Below are positions 36,972-47,378 of a stretch of DNA of 64,000 bases, one piece after another. The stretch covers positions 31,594 through 95,593 of the forward strand of contig CAYMEB010000001.1 in NCBI GenBank assembly GCA_964389095.1. Direction: 5' to 3'. Under the pieces are notes generated by a model. That model was given only the letters and a program-made list of their open reading frames with translations. It was not told the origin of the DNA and did not search any database. Within the stretch, counting starts at the first letter, position 1. Every line of letters starts with the position of its first letter. The translations under genes and the position numbers were made by a program. Source of the DNA: an uncultured Hyphomicrobiaceae bacterium. GTDB lineage: Bacteria; Pseudomonadota; Alphaproteobacteria; Rhizobiales; Hyphomicrobiaceae.

Positions 36972-38414
36972 TCAGTCTGTGTGCGTTGGAGGGAGTTTGA
37001 ACCTGGCGACGAGTTCGGTGCCGCGGCCGGCGACGGAATTGATCTCGAATGTGCCTCCGAGGGCATCGATGCGGTCGCGAAGTCCGACGAGTCCGAGTCC
37101 TTTTCCGAAGCCGTCGCCCGCAGAGAAGCCCGGGCCGGCGTCTCCGACGCGCAACTCGAGGATGTCGTCGGAATGTCCAACCCGGACGAATTGTCCTGTC
37201 CCCTCGGCATGGCGGAACGCATTGTTCAATCCCTCCTGGACGAAGCGGTAGAGGCACGTCTTGAGGTCGTGCGGCAGCTCCGCGGGGAGCTGTTCCAGGT
37301 CGAGTGCAACGAGCGTGCCGGTCCGCCGCTCGTGGGCGGAGGCAGCCAATCTGAGAGTTTCGGCTGCCGACAGCCGGTCGATCGCGGGCAGCGCCAATCC
37401 TGCAGAGATGTTGCGGATCTCGGTCAGGCTTTCCCACAAAGCGCCGCGAATGATCTCGAGGTCGTCGCCCGCGTTGGGTTGATCCTTCGCCTCCGGACCT
37501 CGGGCCTGGGGGGCGAGAGCATCGATCCGCAGCAGAGCGAGACCGATCATCTGGGCCGGTCCGTCGTGCAACTCGGCTCCGACCCTGCGCAGATACATCT
37601 CGTTACGCTCGACTGAGCGGTGATGCAACTCGTCGATGCGGCGGCGCAGGCTCACGTTCTGCTTCAGGAGACGCGAAAGCTCACCGATCCTGAGCTTCAG
37701 CGACGCTTCCTGCTCTTCGATGCGGCGACTGCCGTGGCGCACGATCGCCAGGAGGCAACTCAGCATCGTCAGACCGACGGCGATCATGACGACCCAGCTC
37801 TGCATGCGCGCACGCCGCAGTTCGGCGGAGAGCATCGTCGCGGCGCCGCGGAATTCGGCGACGGCCACGACGCGCTTGCCATCCGGTGCTTTGATCGGGG
37901 TGAGGATTTCCAGATACGGCCTTTGCGCTGGACCGCCATCGGCGGTTGCGCTCGACGTGCGGGGCCGGTACCGCCCTTGGACCTCGCCTGCGCGGGCAAG
38001 TTTGAAGGCAGCGGGGGGGCGTGGAGCGCCACCGGCTGCCGGCTCCATGCCGAAGAGCAGGCGGCCGTCCGACGTCCAGATCCGGATTTCCTCGGCCATC
38101 AGCGCGAGCCCCGAGGCGGCCAGGCGATTGCGCAGCCGTGCGATCGATGCCTCGTCGAGCGCCGCCGATGTCCCCAGAGCCGACAGATCGTCCCGTAGCA
38201 GCGGCTCGACCAGCAGCCCGGCGCCGGTCGCCGTATTGCGGACCACGCCTTGCTCGATGCGGTTGGTGACCCAGGCCCCGAACAGGGCCATGCCGCTGCC
38301 CATGATCATCAGGGCTGCGAGCGCAAACCGCGCCGTCAAGCCGAGAGACATCCAGTGACGGCTCAGCCCGATCGCAAAACGGTGCCAGAACTGGATGGTC
38401 GTCGCTTGCAGCAT
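36972..38414 (-). CDS. Sensor histidine kinase, HisKA_3 (NarX-like) class
   Basis: Two TM helices bracketing a periplasmic domain. H-box VGAELHDGPAQ. ATPase boxes (QEGLNNAFRH, GDAGPGF, GLGLVGLRDR). Confidence 0.85.
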   Translation of the reverse strand: MLQATTIQFWHRFAIGLSRHWMSLGLTARFALAALMIMGSGMALFGAWVTNRIEQGVVRNTATGAGLLVEPLLRDDLSALGTSAALDEASIARLRNRLAASGLALMAEEIRIWTSDGRLLFGMEPAAGGAPRPPAAFKLARAGEVQGRYRPRTSSATADGGPAQRPYLEILTPIKAPDGKRVVAVAEFRGAATMLSAELRRARMQSWVVMIAVGLTMLSCLLAIVRHGSRRIEEQEASLKLRIGELSRLLKQNVSLRRRIDELHHRSVERNEMYLRRVGAELHDGPAQMIGLALLRIDALAPQARGPEAKDQPNAGDDLEIIRGALWESLTEIRNISAGLALPAIDRLSAAETLRLAASAHERRTGTLVALDLEQLPAELPHDLKTCLYRFVQEGLNNAFRHAEGTGQFVRVGHSDDILELRVGDAGPGFSAGDGFGKGLGLVGLRDRIDALGGTFEINSVAGRGTELVARFKLPPTHTD

Positions 38415-38553
38415 GAGACACGCCGTCCCGAATTGACGCGCGGCGTGACCTCGGGCCGCCGGCGCCCCCGTGCCGGCTGGCGTCGAGACGTGTGCCCGGC
38501 GCGTTCATCGCACCAGGGATGCAAAGGGCGGACCGTTCCGTGTCGTGGCGGCG

Positions 38554-40146
38554 TCAGAAGCGGAGGCGGTTGGCGCGGATGACCTGTGGAAGCGCCTTGA
38601 CCTTGGCGAGCACCGCGTCGGTGATCGGCTCGTCGACGGAGACGAGGCAGATGGCATCGCCGCCGGGCTTGTCGCGGCCCAGGTTCAAAGTCGCGATATT
38701 GACCCCGGCCTCGCCCATGACCATGCCGAAACGGCCGATGAATCCGGGTTTGTCGGAGTTGCGCACGAACAGCATGTTCGGCGTGACCTCGAATTCCATG
38801 TTGATGTCGCGCACCTGGATGAAGCGCGGGCGGCCGTCGGAAAACACGGTTCCCCCGACCGAGCGATCGTATTCGTCGGTGAGCACGGTCAGTTTGACGT
38901 AGCTTTCGTAAGCGCCGTCCTGGCCGCGGGTGGTGGTGGAGACCTTCACGCCGCGCTCTTCCGCGAGGCTCGAGGCCGAGACCATGTTGACCCCTTCGCC
39001 CATGTGCCACTTCAGCACGCTGGCCACGGCGACCGCCGTCAGCGGCTTCACGTTCAGCTCCGCCACGGCGCCGGAATACTCGATCTTGATGCCCCTGATC
39101 GAGCTCTCCGTGAGCTGTCCTGCGAAGGAGCCCAGCTGCTCCACGAGCTTGACGTAGGGCTTCAGCCGCGGCGCATCTTCGGCGCTGATCGAGGGGAAGT
39201 TGACTGCGTTCGTCACGGCGCCTTTCAGGAGATAGTCCGACATCTGCTCGGCGATCTGCAGCGCGACGTTTTCCTGAGCTTCCGCCGTCGCAGCACCCAG
39301 ATGCGGCGTGCAGATGAGATTTGGCATGCCGAACAGCGGGTTTTCCGTCGCGGGCTCCACATCGAAGACGTCCAGCGCAGCGCCGGCGACGTGGCCGCTG
39401 CTCATGGCTTCGCGCAAGGCCTTCTCGTCGATCAGGCCTCCGCGCGCGCAATTGACGATGCGCACACCCTTCTTGGTCCTCGCAAGCGCCGTGGCGTCGA
39501 GCACATTGCGGGTCTTCTCTGTCAGAGGTGTGTGCAGCGTGATGAAGTCGGAGCGTCGCAGCAGGTCGTCCAGTTCGACTTTCTCGACGCCGATCTGCAG
39601 GGCGCGTTCCGGCGACAGGAAGGGATCGAACGCGATCACCCGCATCTTGAGCCCGATCGCGCGGTCGGCGACGATCGCGCCGATGTTGCCGCAGCCGATG
39701 ATGCCGAGCGTCTTGGCGTAGAGCTCGACGCCGAGGAAGCGCGATTTCTCCCACTTGCCGGCTTGCGTGGAGCGATCGGCTTCCGGGATCTGGCGCGCCA
39801 GCGCCATCATCATCGAGATTGCGTGCTCGGCCGTGGTGATCGAGTTGCCGAACGGCGTGTTCATCACGATCACGCCCTTTGCAGTGGCGGCGCGGATGTC
39901 GACGTTGTCGACGCCGATTCCGGCGCGGCCGATGACGCGCAGCGCTCCTGCGGAGGCCAGCACCTTCTCGGTCACCTTCGTCGCCGAACGGATGGCGAGG
40001 CCGTCGAAGCTGCTGATCATCTGGACCAGGCGATCCTTGTCCTTGCCGAGCTTGGGTTCGAACGTGACGTCGATGCCGCGATCTTTGAAGATCGCGACCG
40101 CTGCGGGCGAGAGTTCGTCGGAAATGAGGACTTTCGGAGCAGACAT
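38554..40146 (-). CDS. serA: D-3-phosphoglycerate dehydrogenase
   Basis: 530 aa from MSAPKVLISD. GIIGCGNIGAIVA NAD fold, NCARGGLIDE, C-terminal ASB/ACT region. Start at M103 of ORF 38554..40452. Confidence 0.95.
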   Translation of the reverse strand: MSAPKVLISDELSPAAVAIFKDRGIDVTFEPKLGKDKDRLVQMISSFDGLAIRSATKVTEKVLASAGALRVIGRAGIGVDNVDIRAATAKGVIVMNTPFGNSITTAEHAISMMMALARQIPEADRSTQAGKWEKSRFLGVELYAKTLGIIGCGNIGAIVADRAIGLKMRVIAFDPFLSPERALQIGVEKVELDDLLRRSDFITLHTPLTEKTRNVLDATALARTKKGVRIVNCARGGLIDEKALREAMSSGHVAGAALDVFDVEPATENPLFGMPNLICTPHLGAATAEAQENVALQIAEQMSDYLLKGAVTNAVNFPSISAEDAPRLKPYVKLVEQLGSFAGQLTESSIRGIKIEYSGAVAELNVKPLTAVAVASVLKWHMGEGVNMVSASSLAEERGVKVSTTTRGQDGAYESYVKLTVLTDEYDRSVGGTVFSDGRPRFIQVRDINMEFEVTPNMLFVRNSDKPGFIGRFGMVMGEAGVNIATLNLGRDKPGGDAICLVSVDEPITDAVLAKVKALPQVIRANRLRF

Positions 40147-40207
40147 GGTGCACCCGTCGAATGAACGATCGTCGAATTCAGTGGCGGCGCGGCTCGTTAC
40201 GGCGCGG

Positions 40208-41374
40208 TCACGCGATCTTGGCGCGTTCCGTGGCGTAGGCCCACTCGAGCCAGGGCAGCAACGCCTGGACGTCGGACGCTTCCACCGTCGAGCCGGTCCA
40301 GATGCGCAGGCCGGGAGGCGCATCCCGGTAGTAGGCGATGTCGTTCGCCGCGCCTTCCTTGTCGAGCAGGCCAGCCACGGCCTTCGCGAAAGCGGCTTGT
40401 GCGTCGGTGGGCAGCGCCGCGAGTGCGGGATCGGTGAAGCGCAAGCACACACTGGTGTTGGAGCGCGTGGCCGGATCGGTCGCCAGATTGGCGATCCAGG
40501 GCGTGCGCTCGGCCCAGTCGATCAGGACTTTCGCATTGGCGTCCGCGCGCCTGCGCAGTCCGGCGGCACCTCCGGCCGCTTCGGCCCAGCCGAGAGCGTC
40601 GAGATAGTCCTCGAGCGCGAGCATCGAAGGGGTATTGATCGTCTCGCCCTCGAATACCTCCTTCATGAGCTTGCCGCCCTTTGTCAGACGGAAGACTTTG
40701 GGGAGCGGCCAGGCCGGGCTGTACGACTCCAGCCGCGCGACGGCCCGCGGCGACAGGACGAGCATGCCGTGCGCGGCTTCCGAGCCGAGCGCCTTCTGCC
40801 AGGAGAATGTGTAGACGTCGACCTTCGACCAATCCACGGGCTGCGAGAAGGCCGCGGAGGTGGCGTCCACGAACGTCAACCCGGCCCGGTCGGCTGGGAT
40901 CCAATCGTAGTGCGGGATGCGGACGCCGGATGTCGTTCCATTGGCCGTGAAGATCACGTCGCGGCTGAAATCAACGCCGGCGAGGTCGGGAAGCTTGCCG
41001 TAGTCGGCCCGAAGGACGCGCGCGTCCTTGAGCTTGAGCTGCTTGACGATGTCTGTGACCCAGCCCTCTCCGAAGCTTTCCCACGCGAGGGCGTCGACGC
41101 CGCGCGCGCCGAGCATCGTCCACATCGCCATTTCGATTGCGCCGGTGTCGGAGCCCGGTACGATGCCGCACAGGAACTCCGGCGGCAGCTCCAGAAGTTT
41201 CTTGGTCTTCTCGATGGCCAGCTTGAGACGCGCCTTGCCTTCCTTCGCGCGGTGCGAACGGCCTAGAAACGCATTCTCGAGGGCTTTGGGAGACCAGCCG
41301 GGCCGCTTGGCGCAGGGGCCGGACGAGAAATGGGGGCACGCCGGCTTGCGTGCCGGCTTGGCGATCGTCGTCAT
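40208..41374 (-). CDS. serC: Phosphoserine aminotransferase
   Basis: 388 aa. [19 protein letters not shown]-terminus typical of the alphaproteobacterial SerC type. Directly upstream of serA. Confidence 0.9.
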   Translation of the reverse strand: MTTIAKPARKPACPHFSSGPCAKRPGWSPKALENAFLGRSHRAKEGKARLKLAIEKTKKLLELPPEFLCGIVPGSDTGAIEMAMWTMLGARGVDALAWESFGEGWVTDIVKQLKLKDARVLRADYGKLPDLAGVDFSRDVIFTANGTTSGVRIPHYDWIPADRAGLTFVDATSAAFSQPVDWSKVDVYTFSWQKALGSEAAHGMLVLSPRAVARLESYSPAWPLPKVFRLTKGGKLMKEVFEGETINTPSMLALEDYLDALGWAEAAGGAAGLRRRADANAKVLIDWAERTPWIANLATDPATRSNTSVCLRFTDPALAALPTDAQAAFAKAVAGLLDKEGAANDIAYYRDAPPGLRIWTGSTVEASDVQALLPWLEWAYATERAKIA

Positions 41375-41483
41375 CAGTCTATCCTTCCAGATAGTTGCCT
41401 CCCGTTGGGGGGAGGTGTCCCACTGGCGGGGATAGGAGCCGCGCCGTCGCCTGTCAATGGAGACGTCGCGTCGCAGCGTGCCG

Positions 41484-42662
41484 TCAGCCGAGGAGGCCGC
41501 GGCGCGCGAGGCTCCGCATCAGGTCGCTCACGCCGAAGGTCCAGGGCGGGGCGTCGGACGCATGCACCATGCTGTTGGTCAGGCTGCCGAGCGCATCGGC
41601 GCGGATCGTGACGATGTCACCGACCTTGTGCGTGAAGCCCAAGCCTTTGGCGCCGCGATCCTCGGTGGGCGCGAACATGGTGCCGAGATAGAGCACTGCG
41701 CCGTCGGGATACTGGTGGGTCTTGCCGAGCATCTCGGCGACGAGGTCCGCCGGGTCGCGCGCGATCTCGCTCATCGACGAGTGACCGGCGAGGCTGAACC
41801 CGTCGGGTCCATCGACCGAAAGGTGGACGGTGATGCGCCGAACGGTATCGAGCGTGAAGCGCTCGTCGAAGAAGCGGACGAAGGGGCCGAGGGCGGCGCT
41901 GGCGTTGTTGTCCTTCGCCTTCGACAGGAGCAGCGCCGAGCGGCCCTCGAAATCGCGAAGGTTCACATCGTTTCCGAGCGTCGCGCCGACGATCGTGCCG
42001 GTGGACGCGACCACCAAGACGACTTCGGGCTCCGGATTGTTCCAGGTGGAGCGCGGGTGCAGGCCCGCCATCATGCCATGTCCGACCGCGGACATCGGCT
42101 GGGCCTTGGTGAAGATCTCCGCATCCTCGCCGATGCCGACCTCCAGGTACTGCGACCACGCTCCCTGGCGGATCAGCGTGTCCTTCAGGGCCAGCGCTTC
42201 CTTCGAGCCGGGCTTGAGGCGCCGCAGATCGCCGCCGAGCTGGCGTTCGACCTCTGCGCGGATGGCTTCCGCCTTCTCGGGCGCACCCTTCGCCTGCTCC
42301 TCGATCACGCGTTCCAGGAGCGAACGCGCGAATGTGACGCCCGCGGCCTTGACGGCCTGGAGATCGATCGGCGCCAGCAGCCAAGGCCGGCTCGCGTCGC
42401 GTCCAGCTTCAGGTGTGTTCTGAAGTACGTCGGCGAGGCCGGCGACGCGCGGCCCGTCGCCCTTGCGCACTACCTCGACCGCATCGCGACGCTCGCACAG
42501 GTCGCGTATCGTCGGTGTGATCGCGGTCAGATCGTAAAGCGCGTCGCCGCGTACGGCCACCACTGCAGGACCTCCGGCGTCTGGCCGCCAGATCCTTCCC
42601 GCGAGCACGGCTGCGGAAGCGTCGGTCGGAAGCGTCGTTTCGATCGTCATGCGAGTTTGCAC
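41484..42662 (-). CDS. Fumarylacetoacetate hydrolase (FAH) family protein
   Basis: 392 aa. FAH-fold C-terminal half ([11 protein letters not shown]...GTMFAP...GDIVTI). GTG start with a GGAG SD 6 nt upstream. Confidence 0.82.
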   Translation of the reverse strand: MQTRMTIETTLPTDASAAVLAGRIWRPDAGGPAVVAVRGDALYDLTAITPTIRDLCERRDAVEVVRKGDGPRVAGLADVLQNTPEAGRDASRPWLLAPIDLQAVKAAGVTFARSLLERVIEEQAKGAPEKAEAIRAEVERQLGGDLRRLKPGSKEALALKDTLIRQGAWSQYLEVGIGEDAEIFTKAQPMSAVGHGMMAGLHPRSTWNNPEPEVVLVVASTGTIVGATLGNDVNLRDFEGRSALLLSKAKDNNASAALGPFVRFFDERFTLDTVRRITVHLSVDGPDGFSLAGHSSMSEIARDPADLVAEMLGKTHQYPDGAVLYLGTMFAPTEDRGAKGLGFTHKVGDIVTIRADALGSLTNSMVHASDAPPWTFGVSDLMRSLARRGLLG

Positions 42663-42686
42663 GAGGGTCTCCGTGTCGTCGCGCGA

Positions 42687-43973
42687 TCAGCCGCGCGGGT
42701 GCGTGTCTCGGGAGGCCGTGTAGGCCAGTATGCCGGCGGCGAGCGTGACCGCGAGCAGCGCAAAGATCAAGCGGTAGGCGTCCGGGTCGTAGCCGCCGGC
42801 CGGCCCCGGCGGCAGCAGGCCCGGAATGAAGCCGGTCAGGATCGGCAGCAGTGCGGCTCCCGCCAGCTGGCACATGTTGCCTGTGGTGGCGCCGCGGCCG
42901 GCGAGCTGGTCGGGAAAATGACTGCGCATGTGCGCGAGCAGAACCGGATTGTAGTTCGTGAGCAGCGCCAGCAGGAACAGAAGCAGGACGCCGAGCCAGA
43001 CGGGGGGATGGGGGATGGCAGCCAGGGCGATCAGCGTCGCGAGCGTCGCGGAGGCGCCGCACAGAACCACCCATTTCCTCGTGTTGAACACGCGGTCCAG
43101 CGGACCATAGGCGAGCACGCCGATCGCGTGCAGACATGCCACCACGGTCAGGATATGCCCGCGCGCCGTGGTCTCCAGGCCGTGCACGTCCTTGAGATAG
43201 GGCCCCGCCCAGAGTCCGGTTACGGTGAAGGTGGCTGCGTACGCGATGCCGAACATCACGAAGACGGGCACGATGCCGGGCAGAGAGACGATGAGGCGCA
43301 GGCCTTCCAGCGCACCCGGCCCTGCGTCTCGCGGCGCGGCGTTCGCGACGCCCGCGGCTTCCCGTCGGTCGCGTATGATCCGGTGGAATGCGAAACCGGT
43401 CAGGGCGGCGAGCACCGTCGTGATCCAGAAGGCCGTGCGCCAGCCGTACCACTGCGTGATCACGGCGAGCGGCGTACCCGCGGCGAGGATGCCGATCTGG
43501 GACAGGCCGAAGACCCACGACAGACGCGTGCTCCATTGAGCGCGTGGAAACCATTGCGAGACCAGGACGAGCGCGGCCATGAAACTGGCGGCCGAGCCGA
43601 TGCCGGTTACGAAGCGTGCAAGAACGAGCGTCTCTCCGCTTCCGGCCAGAGCGTGCATGGCCGAGCCGGCGACCATCGCGAGGGACAGCGTGCTGACCGT
43701 GCGCCGCACGCCGATGCGGTCGAAAAACAGCCCGACGAAAACTTGGGCCATGAACAAGGCGGCGAAAAATGCGCCGTTGGCGAGGCCGAGCATCCGAGGC
43801 GTAAGAGCGAGGTCACGGATGAGCTCCGGCGCGATTGCCGCCAAGGCCGCTCTGAAGAACTGAGACAGTATCGTCGTCGCAGCGAGCATCGCCACCAGAC
43901 GCAGCGTTCCCGCGCGATCAAGCTCGCCGGCATCGGCCCCGGCATCGGCAGTCGGCGCGCGTCCATCGGTCAT
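42687..43973 (-). CDS. MFS transporter
   Basis: 428 aa, about 12 hydrophobic helices, MFS loop motif GLFFDRIGVRRT. Confidence 0.85.
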   Translation of the reverse strand: MTDGRAPTADAGADAGELDRAGTLRLVAMLAATTILSQFFRAALAAIAPELIRDLALTPRMLGLANGAFFAALFMAQVFVGLFFDRIGVRRTVSTLSLAMVAGSAMHALAGSGETLVLARFVTGIGSAASFMAALVLVSQWFPRAQWSTRLSWVFGLSQIGILAAGTPLAVITQWYGWRTAFWITTVLAALTGFAFHRIIRDRREAAGVANAAPRDAGPGALEGLRLIVSLPGIVPVFVMFGIAYAATFTVTGLWAGPYLKDVHGLETTARGHILTVVACLHAIGVLAYGPLDRVFNTRKWVVLCGASATLATLIALAAIPHPPVWLGVLLLFLLALLTNYNPVLLAHMRSHFPDQLAGRGATTGNMCQLAGAALLPILTGFIPGLLPPGPAGGYDPDAYRLIFALLAVTLAAGILAYTASRDTHPRG

Positions 43974-44091
43974 CGGCAGTTCGGGCTCCCTCGGTGCGGA
44001 AGGCGGCCCCTTGCCTTACGGGCAAAGCGTCGCGTTTCGGCATCCCGTCAAGGCGCATGGCTGCCCGGCGCGCGAGCGTGGGACGATCGGA

Positions 44092-45279
44092 TCAGGGGCG
44101 CACGGCCGCCGCCGTACCGGCCCGCGCCGAATTTTCCAGCCGCAGGAACACCGCGACCAGAATCATGGCGGCGACGAGGAAGCCGGCGCCCGCCAGGAAG
44201 GCGGCGCTGCTGGTGCCCGTCGCGCTGGTGAGGCGTCCTGCGATCCAGGGGCCGAGCGTCTGCACCAGATAGAAAATCGTGAAGAAGAGCCCCATGCCGA
44301 CCGCGCGGTCGGCGGGCGCCAGAACTCGCGACGGCAGGCTCATGATCGGTCCGGCCGCCAGCCCTCCGAGCACGCCCACGAGTACGAAAGACGCAACGAT
44401 CGAGGAGGTCGTGGCCGCCGCCGTCAGGCCGACGGCAAACAGAAGGCAACTCGTCAGGAGAACGCTCAGCAGCCGGCCGGTGCGGTCGGCGATAATTCCG
44501 CCAGCGGGAACCGATACCGACACGAGCCACAACACGAGGCTGGTGGCGGACCCGGCAGCAGCGAGCGACCAGCCCCTCTCCGTGAGCATCAAGGGGCCGA
44601 AGCCGAAGACCACGCCGAGAGCCGCATTGTAGAGACCCCAGACGCATCCCGCGACGAGGATGGCAGCGAGCACCGCCGAACCAGGCATCGTGGCCCCCGT
44701 GGCCGCCGCCGCTGTTTGGTTGCCCCCAGGCGGACGATAGAGCGTCACCAGAGCCGCCAGCGCCACGACCAGCACGGCGGCGGCCGATCCGTGGACGAGT
44801 AGCAGTCCGCCGGCTGCAGCGAGCATTGGAAACGCCACCAGCCCGATTGCGATGCCGAATGGCCAGGAGTTCACGAAAACTCCCATGGCGGTCGCGATCT
44901 CGCGCCCGGCGAACCAATCGGTCACCATCTTGGACATGAGGACGTTGAGCAGGAGTGCGCCGGTTCCCGCGATCAGGCGTCCGGCGATCTGCAGGCCCCA
45001 ACTGGCCGAGGTGGCCATCACGATGCTGCCCGCCGCCATCAGCGCCAGCCCCACGGCGACGACTGGAACATCGCCGAAGCGTTGGCCGATCCGTCCTCCG
45101 GGAAGCGCCAGGGCGATCCCGGGCGCATGGTAGAGGCCGATCAGCAGACCGAGATCGGCCGCGATCACGGCAAAACCGGCCAGGAACAGCGGCCCGACCG
45201 CGGGGACGGACTGGAACTGGAACCCCATGGTGGCGCGGACCAGAAAAAGAAGCGCCAGGACCGTCCAACGGTTCGACAT
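44092..45279 (-). CDS. MFS transporter
   Basis: About 12 helices, PGGRIGQRFG loop motif. Start at M8 (GGGAGAG SD) of ORF 44092..45300. Confidence 0.85.
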   Translation of the reverse strand: MSNRWTVLALLFLVRATMGFQFQSVPAVGPLFLAGFAVIAADLGLLIGLYHAPGIALALPGGRIGQRFGDVPVVAVGLALMAAGSIVMATSASWGLQIAGRLIAGTGALLLNVLMSKMVTDWFAGREIATAMGVFVNSWPFGIAIGLVAFPMLAAAGGLLLVHGSAAAVLVVALAALVTLYRPPGGNQTAAAATGATMPGSAVLAAILVAGCVWGLYNAALGVVFGFGPLMLTERGWSLAAAGSATSLVLWLVSVSVPAGGIIADRTGRLLSVLLTSCLLFAVGLTAAATTSSIVASFVLVGVLGGLAAGPIMSLPSRVLAPADRAVGMGLFFTIFYLVQTLGPWIAGRLTSATGTSSAAFLAGAGFLVAAMILVAVFLRLENSARAGTAAAVRP

Positions 45280-45334
45280 CGCGGCTCTCCCAAAGTCCAC
45301 TATGGATAGCGCCGGACGACAGTCGCGCGCGGGC

Positions 45335-46093
45335 TCAGATCACGGTCATCGGCCCGCGCGTTGCGGCGGCCCCTCCCACGCTGTCCTGCGTGGTCGCGAC
45401 GCCGAACGATTGGAGGACGGCGCGATGACCGTCGGCAGGTGTGCGCAGGATCTTGTCGCCGATCGCGTTGAGGCGTCCCAGCGGTGTCTCGGTCTCGACA
45501 CGGGTCACCCAAGCCGCAGTTTTGGGCCAGCGCGCCGCGTCGACCGTCTGGCGCGCCCAGCGCAGGTTGGCGAAGTGGCTCGCCACCGAGATGTCGGCGA
45601 GGTTCGCCGTCGCGCCGCCGACGAAGCCGGAGGATGGCGCCCAGACCTCGAGATGGTCGAGAACGGCGGGCAGTTCCTGCTGCACCACGCGCTGGACCGC
45701 TTCGAGATCGCGCGGCGTGCCGAACACCGCCGGCGCGACCAGCGCCTTGCCGAAGATGCGCCAGATCAGGACGTCGGCGAGCAGCGTGTCGGCGAATTCG
45801 TCGAGGAAGCGAATGCGGGCCCGTTCGGCCGGGGTTCCCGCCAGCAAGGGAACCTGCGGCGCCGTTTCCTCCAGATACTCGCAGATCACGCTGGAGTCGT
45901 TGATCACGTCGGCGCCGTCGATCAGTACGGGGATGCGGCGCAGCGGACTGAGCTGAGTGAACCGATCGGAGCCGTAGAACGGCACGATCGAGTCGACCCG
46001 ATACGCCAGCCCTTTCATCTCGCAGACGGCCAGCACCTTGCGGACGTAGGGTGAGACGTGATTGCCGATGACGGTCAGACCTGCCTTGGACAT
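45335..46093 (-). CDS. Glutathione S-transferase family protein
   Basis: Thioredoxin-like N-domain (SPYVRKV...RIPVLIDGADVINDSSVICEYLEE) plus a helical C-domain. Confidence 0.85.
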   Translation of the reverse strand: MSKAGLTVIGNHVSPYVRKVLAVCEMKGLAYRVDSIVPFYGSDRFTQLSPLRRIPVLIDGADVINDSSVICEYLEETAPQVPLLAGTPAERARIRFLDEFADTLLADVLIWRIFGKALVAPAVFGTPRDLEAVQRVVQQELPAVLDHLEVWAPSSGFVGGATANLADISVASHFANLRWARQTVDAARWPKTAAWVTRVETETPLGRLNAIGDKILRTPADGHRAVLQSFGVATTQDSVGGAAATRGPMTVI

Positions 46094-46126
46094 CGAAGCC
46101 TCCTCGGCGCATACTCGCAGACGGTC

Positions 46127-46507
46127 TCACTTGCCTCGGAATGCGATCATCTCGATCTCGATGCGGGCACCCTTTGGGAGCGCGGCCACCTGGAAGGTCG
46201 AGCGGGCCGGATAGGGCTGCACCACGTGCTTCTCGTAGACCGCGTTCATGCGGGTGAATTCGCCGAGGTCTGCCATGAAGACCGTCGACTTGGCGACGTT
46301 GGCGAAGCTCAGTCCCGCCGCGTCCAGCACAGCCTTGATGTTGCGGAAAACCTGCTCCGTCTGCTCCTCGATTCCGCCCGGGACGATGTTGCCGGCGGCG
46401 TCGATCGGGATCTGGCCCGAAATGAAGAGGTAGTCGCCGGCGGCGACGGCGGGCGAATAGGGGCCCAGGGGTTTCGCTCCAGCGGGATGGACGGCCTTAT
46501 TGGCCAT
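46127..46507 (-). CDS. ridA: RidA family (YjgF/TdcF) reactive-intermediate deaminase
   Basis: 126 aa. PLGPYSPAV...GQIPID...PARSTFQVAALPKGARIEIE is canonical for the family. Confidence 0.92.
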   Translation of the reverse strand: MANKAVHPAGAKPLGPYSPAVAAGDYLFISGQIPIDAAGNIVPGGIEEQTEQVFRNIKAVLDAAGLSFANVAKSTVFMADLGEFTRMNAVYEKHVVQPYPARSTFQVAALPKGARIEIEMIAFRGK

Positions 46508-46706
46508 GGAAAGGCTCCTGTCGTGAGGGGGCTCCGTTCAGGGGGCGGATGCTCTCACTCCCCTTGCCGTGCTTCAAGTATTTCCTCCGGGCGGGCCGGG
46601 AAGCATTTCGCTCGTCTGGTGCTGGCCCCTGGGCGCCACAATCCTGTATATCATCGGGACACTGCGGCTCGTCCGCAGGAGCAAGACACCAACCCAGAGG
46701 CCTGCC

Positions 46707-47378
46707 GTGCGCGCCCTCGTCGTCGAAGATGATCCCGATCTCAACCGTCAACTGGTGCGGGCCCTGTCCGATTCAGGCTACGCGGTCGATACGGCCCGGG
46801 ACGGGGAAGAAGGGTATTTTCTCGGTGAAACCGAGCCTTACGACATCGTGATCCTGGATATCGGCCTGCCGAAGATGGACGGCCTCTCCGTGCTGGAGCA
46901 GTGGCGACGGGCCGATCGCAAGATGCCGGTGATCCTGTTGACCGCGCGCGACCGCTGGTCCGACAAGGTCTCGGGCATGGACGCGGGCGCCGACGATTAC
47001 GTCGCCAAGCCTTTCCACATGGAAGAGTTGTTGGCGCGCGTGAGGGCGCAGGTTCGCCGTGCGACGGGTCACGCGAAATCGGAGATCGAGTGCGGGCCGC
47101 TGCGCCTCGATACCAAGACGGCGCGCGTGAGCGTCAACGGTCAGCCCATCAAGCTCACGTCGCACGAGTATCGGCTGCTCGCCTATTTGATGCACCATCG
47201 CGAGCGCGTCGTTTCGCGAACCGAACTGGTCGAGCATCTCTACGAGCAGGACTTCGACCGCGACAGCAATACGATCGAGGTTTTCATAGGTCGGCTCCGC
47301 AAGAAAATCCCATCCGAGATGATCAAGACCATCCGGGGGCTGGGCTATCGGCTCTCGCTCGATCCTGATGCAGCTTAA
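46707..47378 (+). CDS. OmpR-family response regulator
   Basis: VRALVVEDDPDL...ILDIGLPKMDG...YVAKPF plus winged helix (LTSHEYRLLAYL...IRGLGY). GTG start at 46707 with an AGAGG SD. No in-frame ATG nearby. Confidence 0.88.
   Translation: MRALVVEDDPDLNRQLVRALSDSGYAVDTARDGEEGYFLGETEPYDIVILDIGLPKMDGLSVLEQWRRADRKMPVILLTARDRWSDKVSGMDAGADDYVAKPFHMEELLARVRAQVRRATGHAKSEIECGPLRLDTKTARVSVNGQPIKLTSHEYRLLAYLMHHRERVVSRTELVEHLYEQDFDRDSNTIEVFIGRLRKKIPSEMIKTIRGLGYRLSLDPDAA

Noticed and set aside
40055-40065. tRNA T-loop-like strings GGTTCGAA at 40055 and GGGTTCGAGG at 60367.
   Set aside because: The first lies inside serA coding sequence and the second has no flanking acceptor or anticodon stems. I found no cloverleaf-compatible context anywhere in the window.
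41457-44231. Very long ORFs antisense to well-supported genes: 41457-44231 (924 aa), 18171-20870 (899 aa), 10235-12181 (648 aa), 15300-17105 (601 aa), 38470-40164 (564 aa), 28952-30496 (514 aa), 1906-3336 (476 aa) and 60563-61999 (478 aa).
   Set aside because: Their translations are Arg/Ala/Gly/Pro/Asp-rich low-complexity strings with no family motifs. The opposite strand encodes textbook proteins (FAH/MFS, DegP/RR, VWA, GlnE, SerA, NtrB/C, SBP, RTX). Long shadow ORFs are expected in DNA this GC-rich because stop codons are rare.
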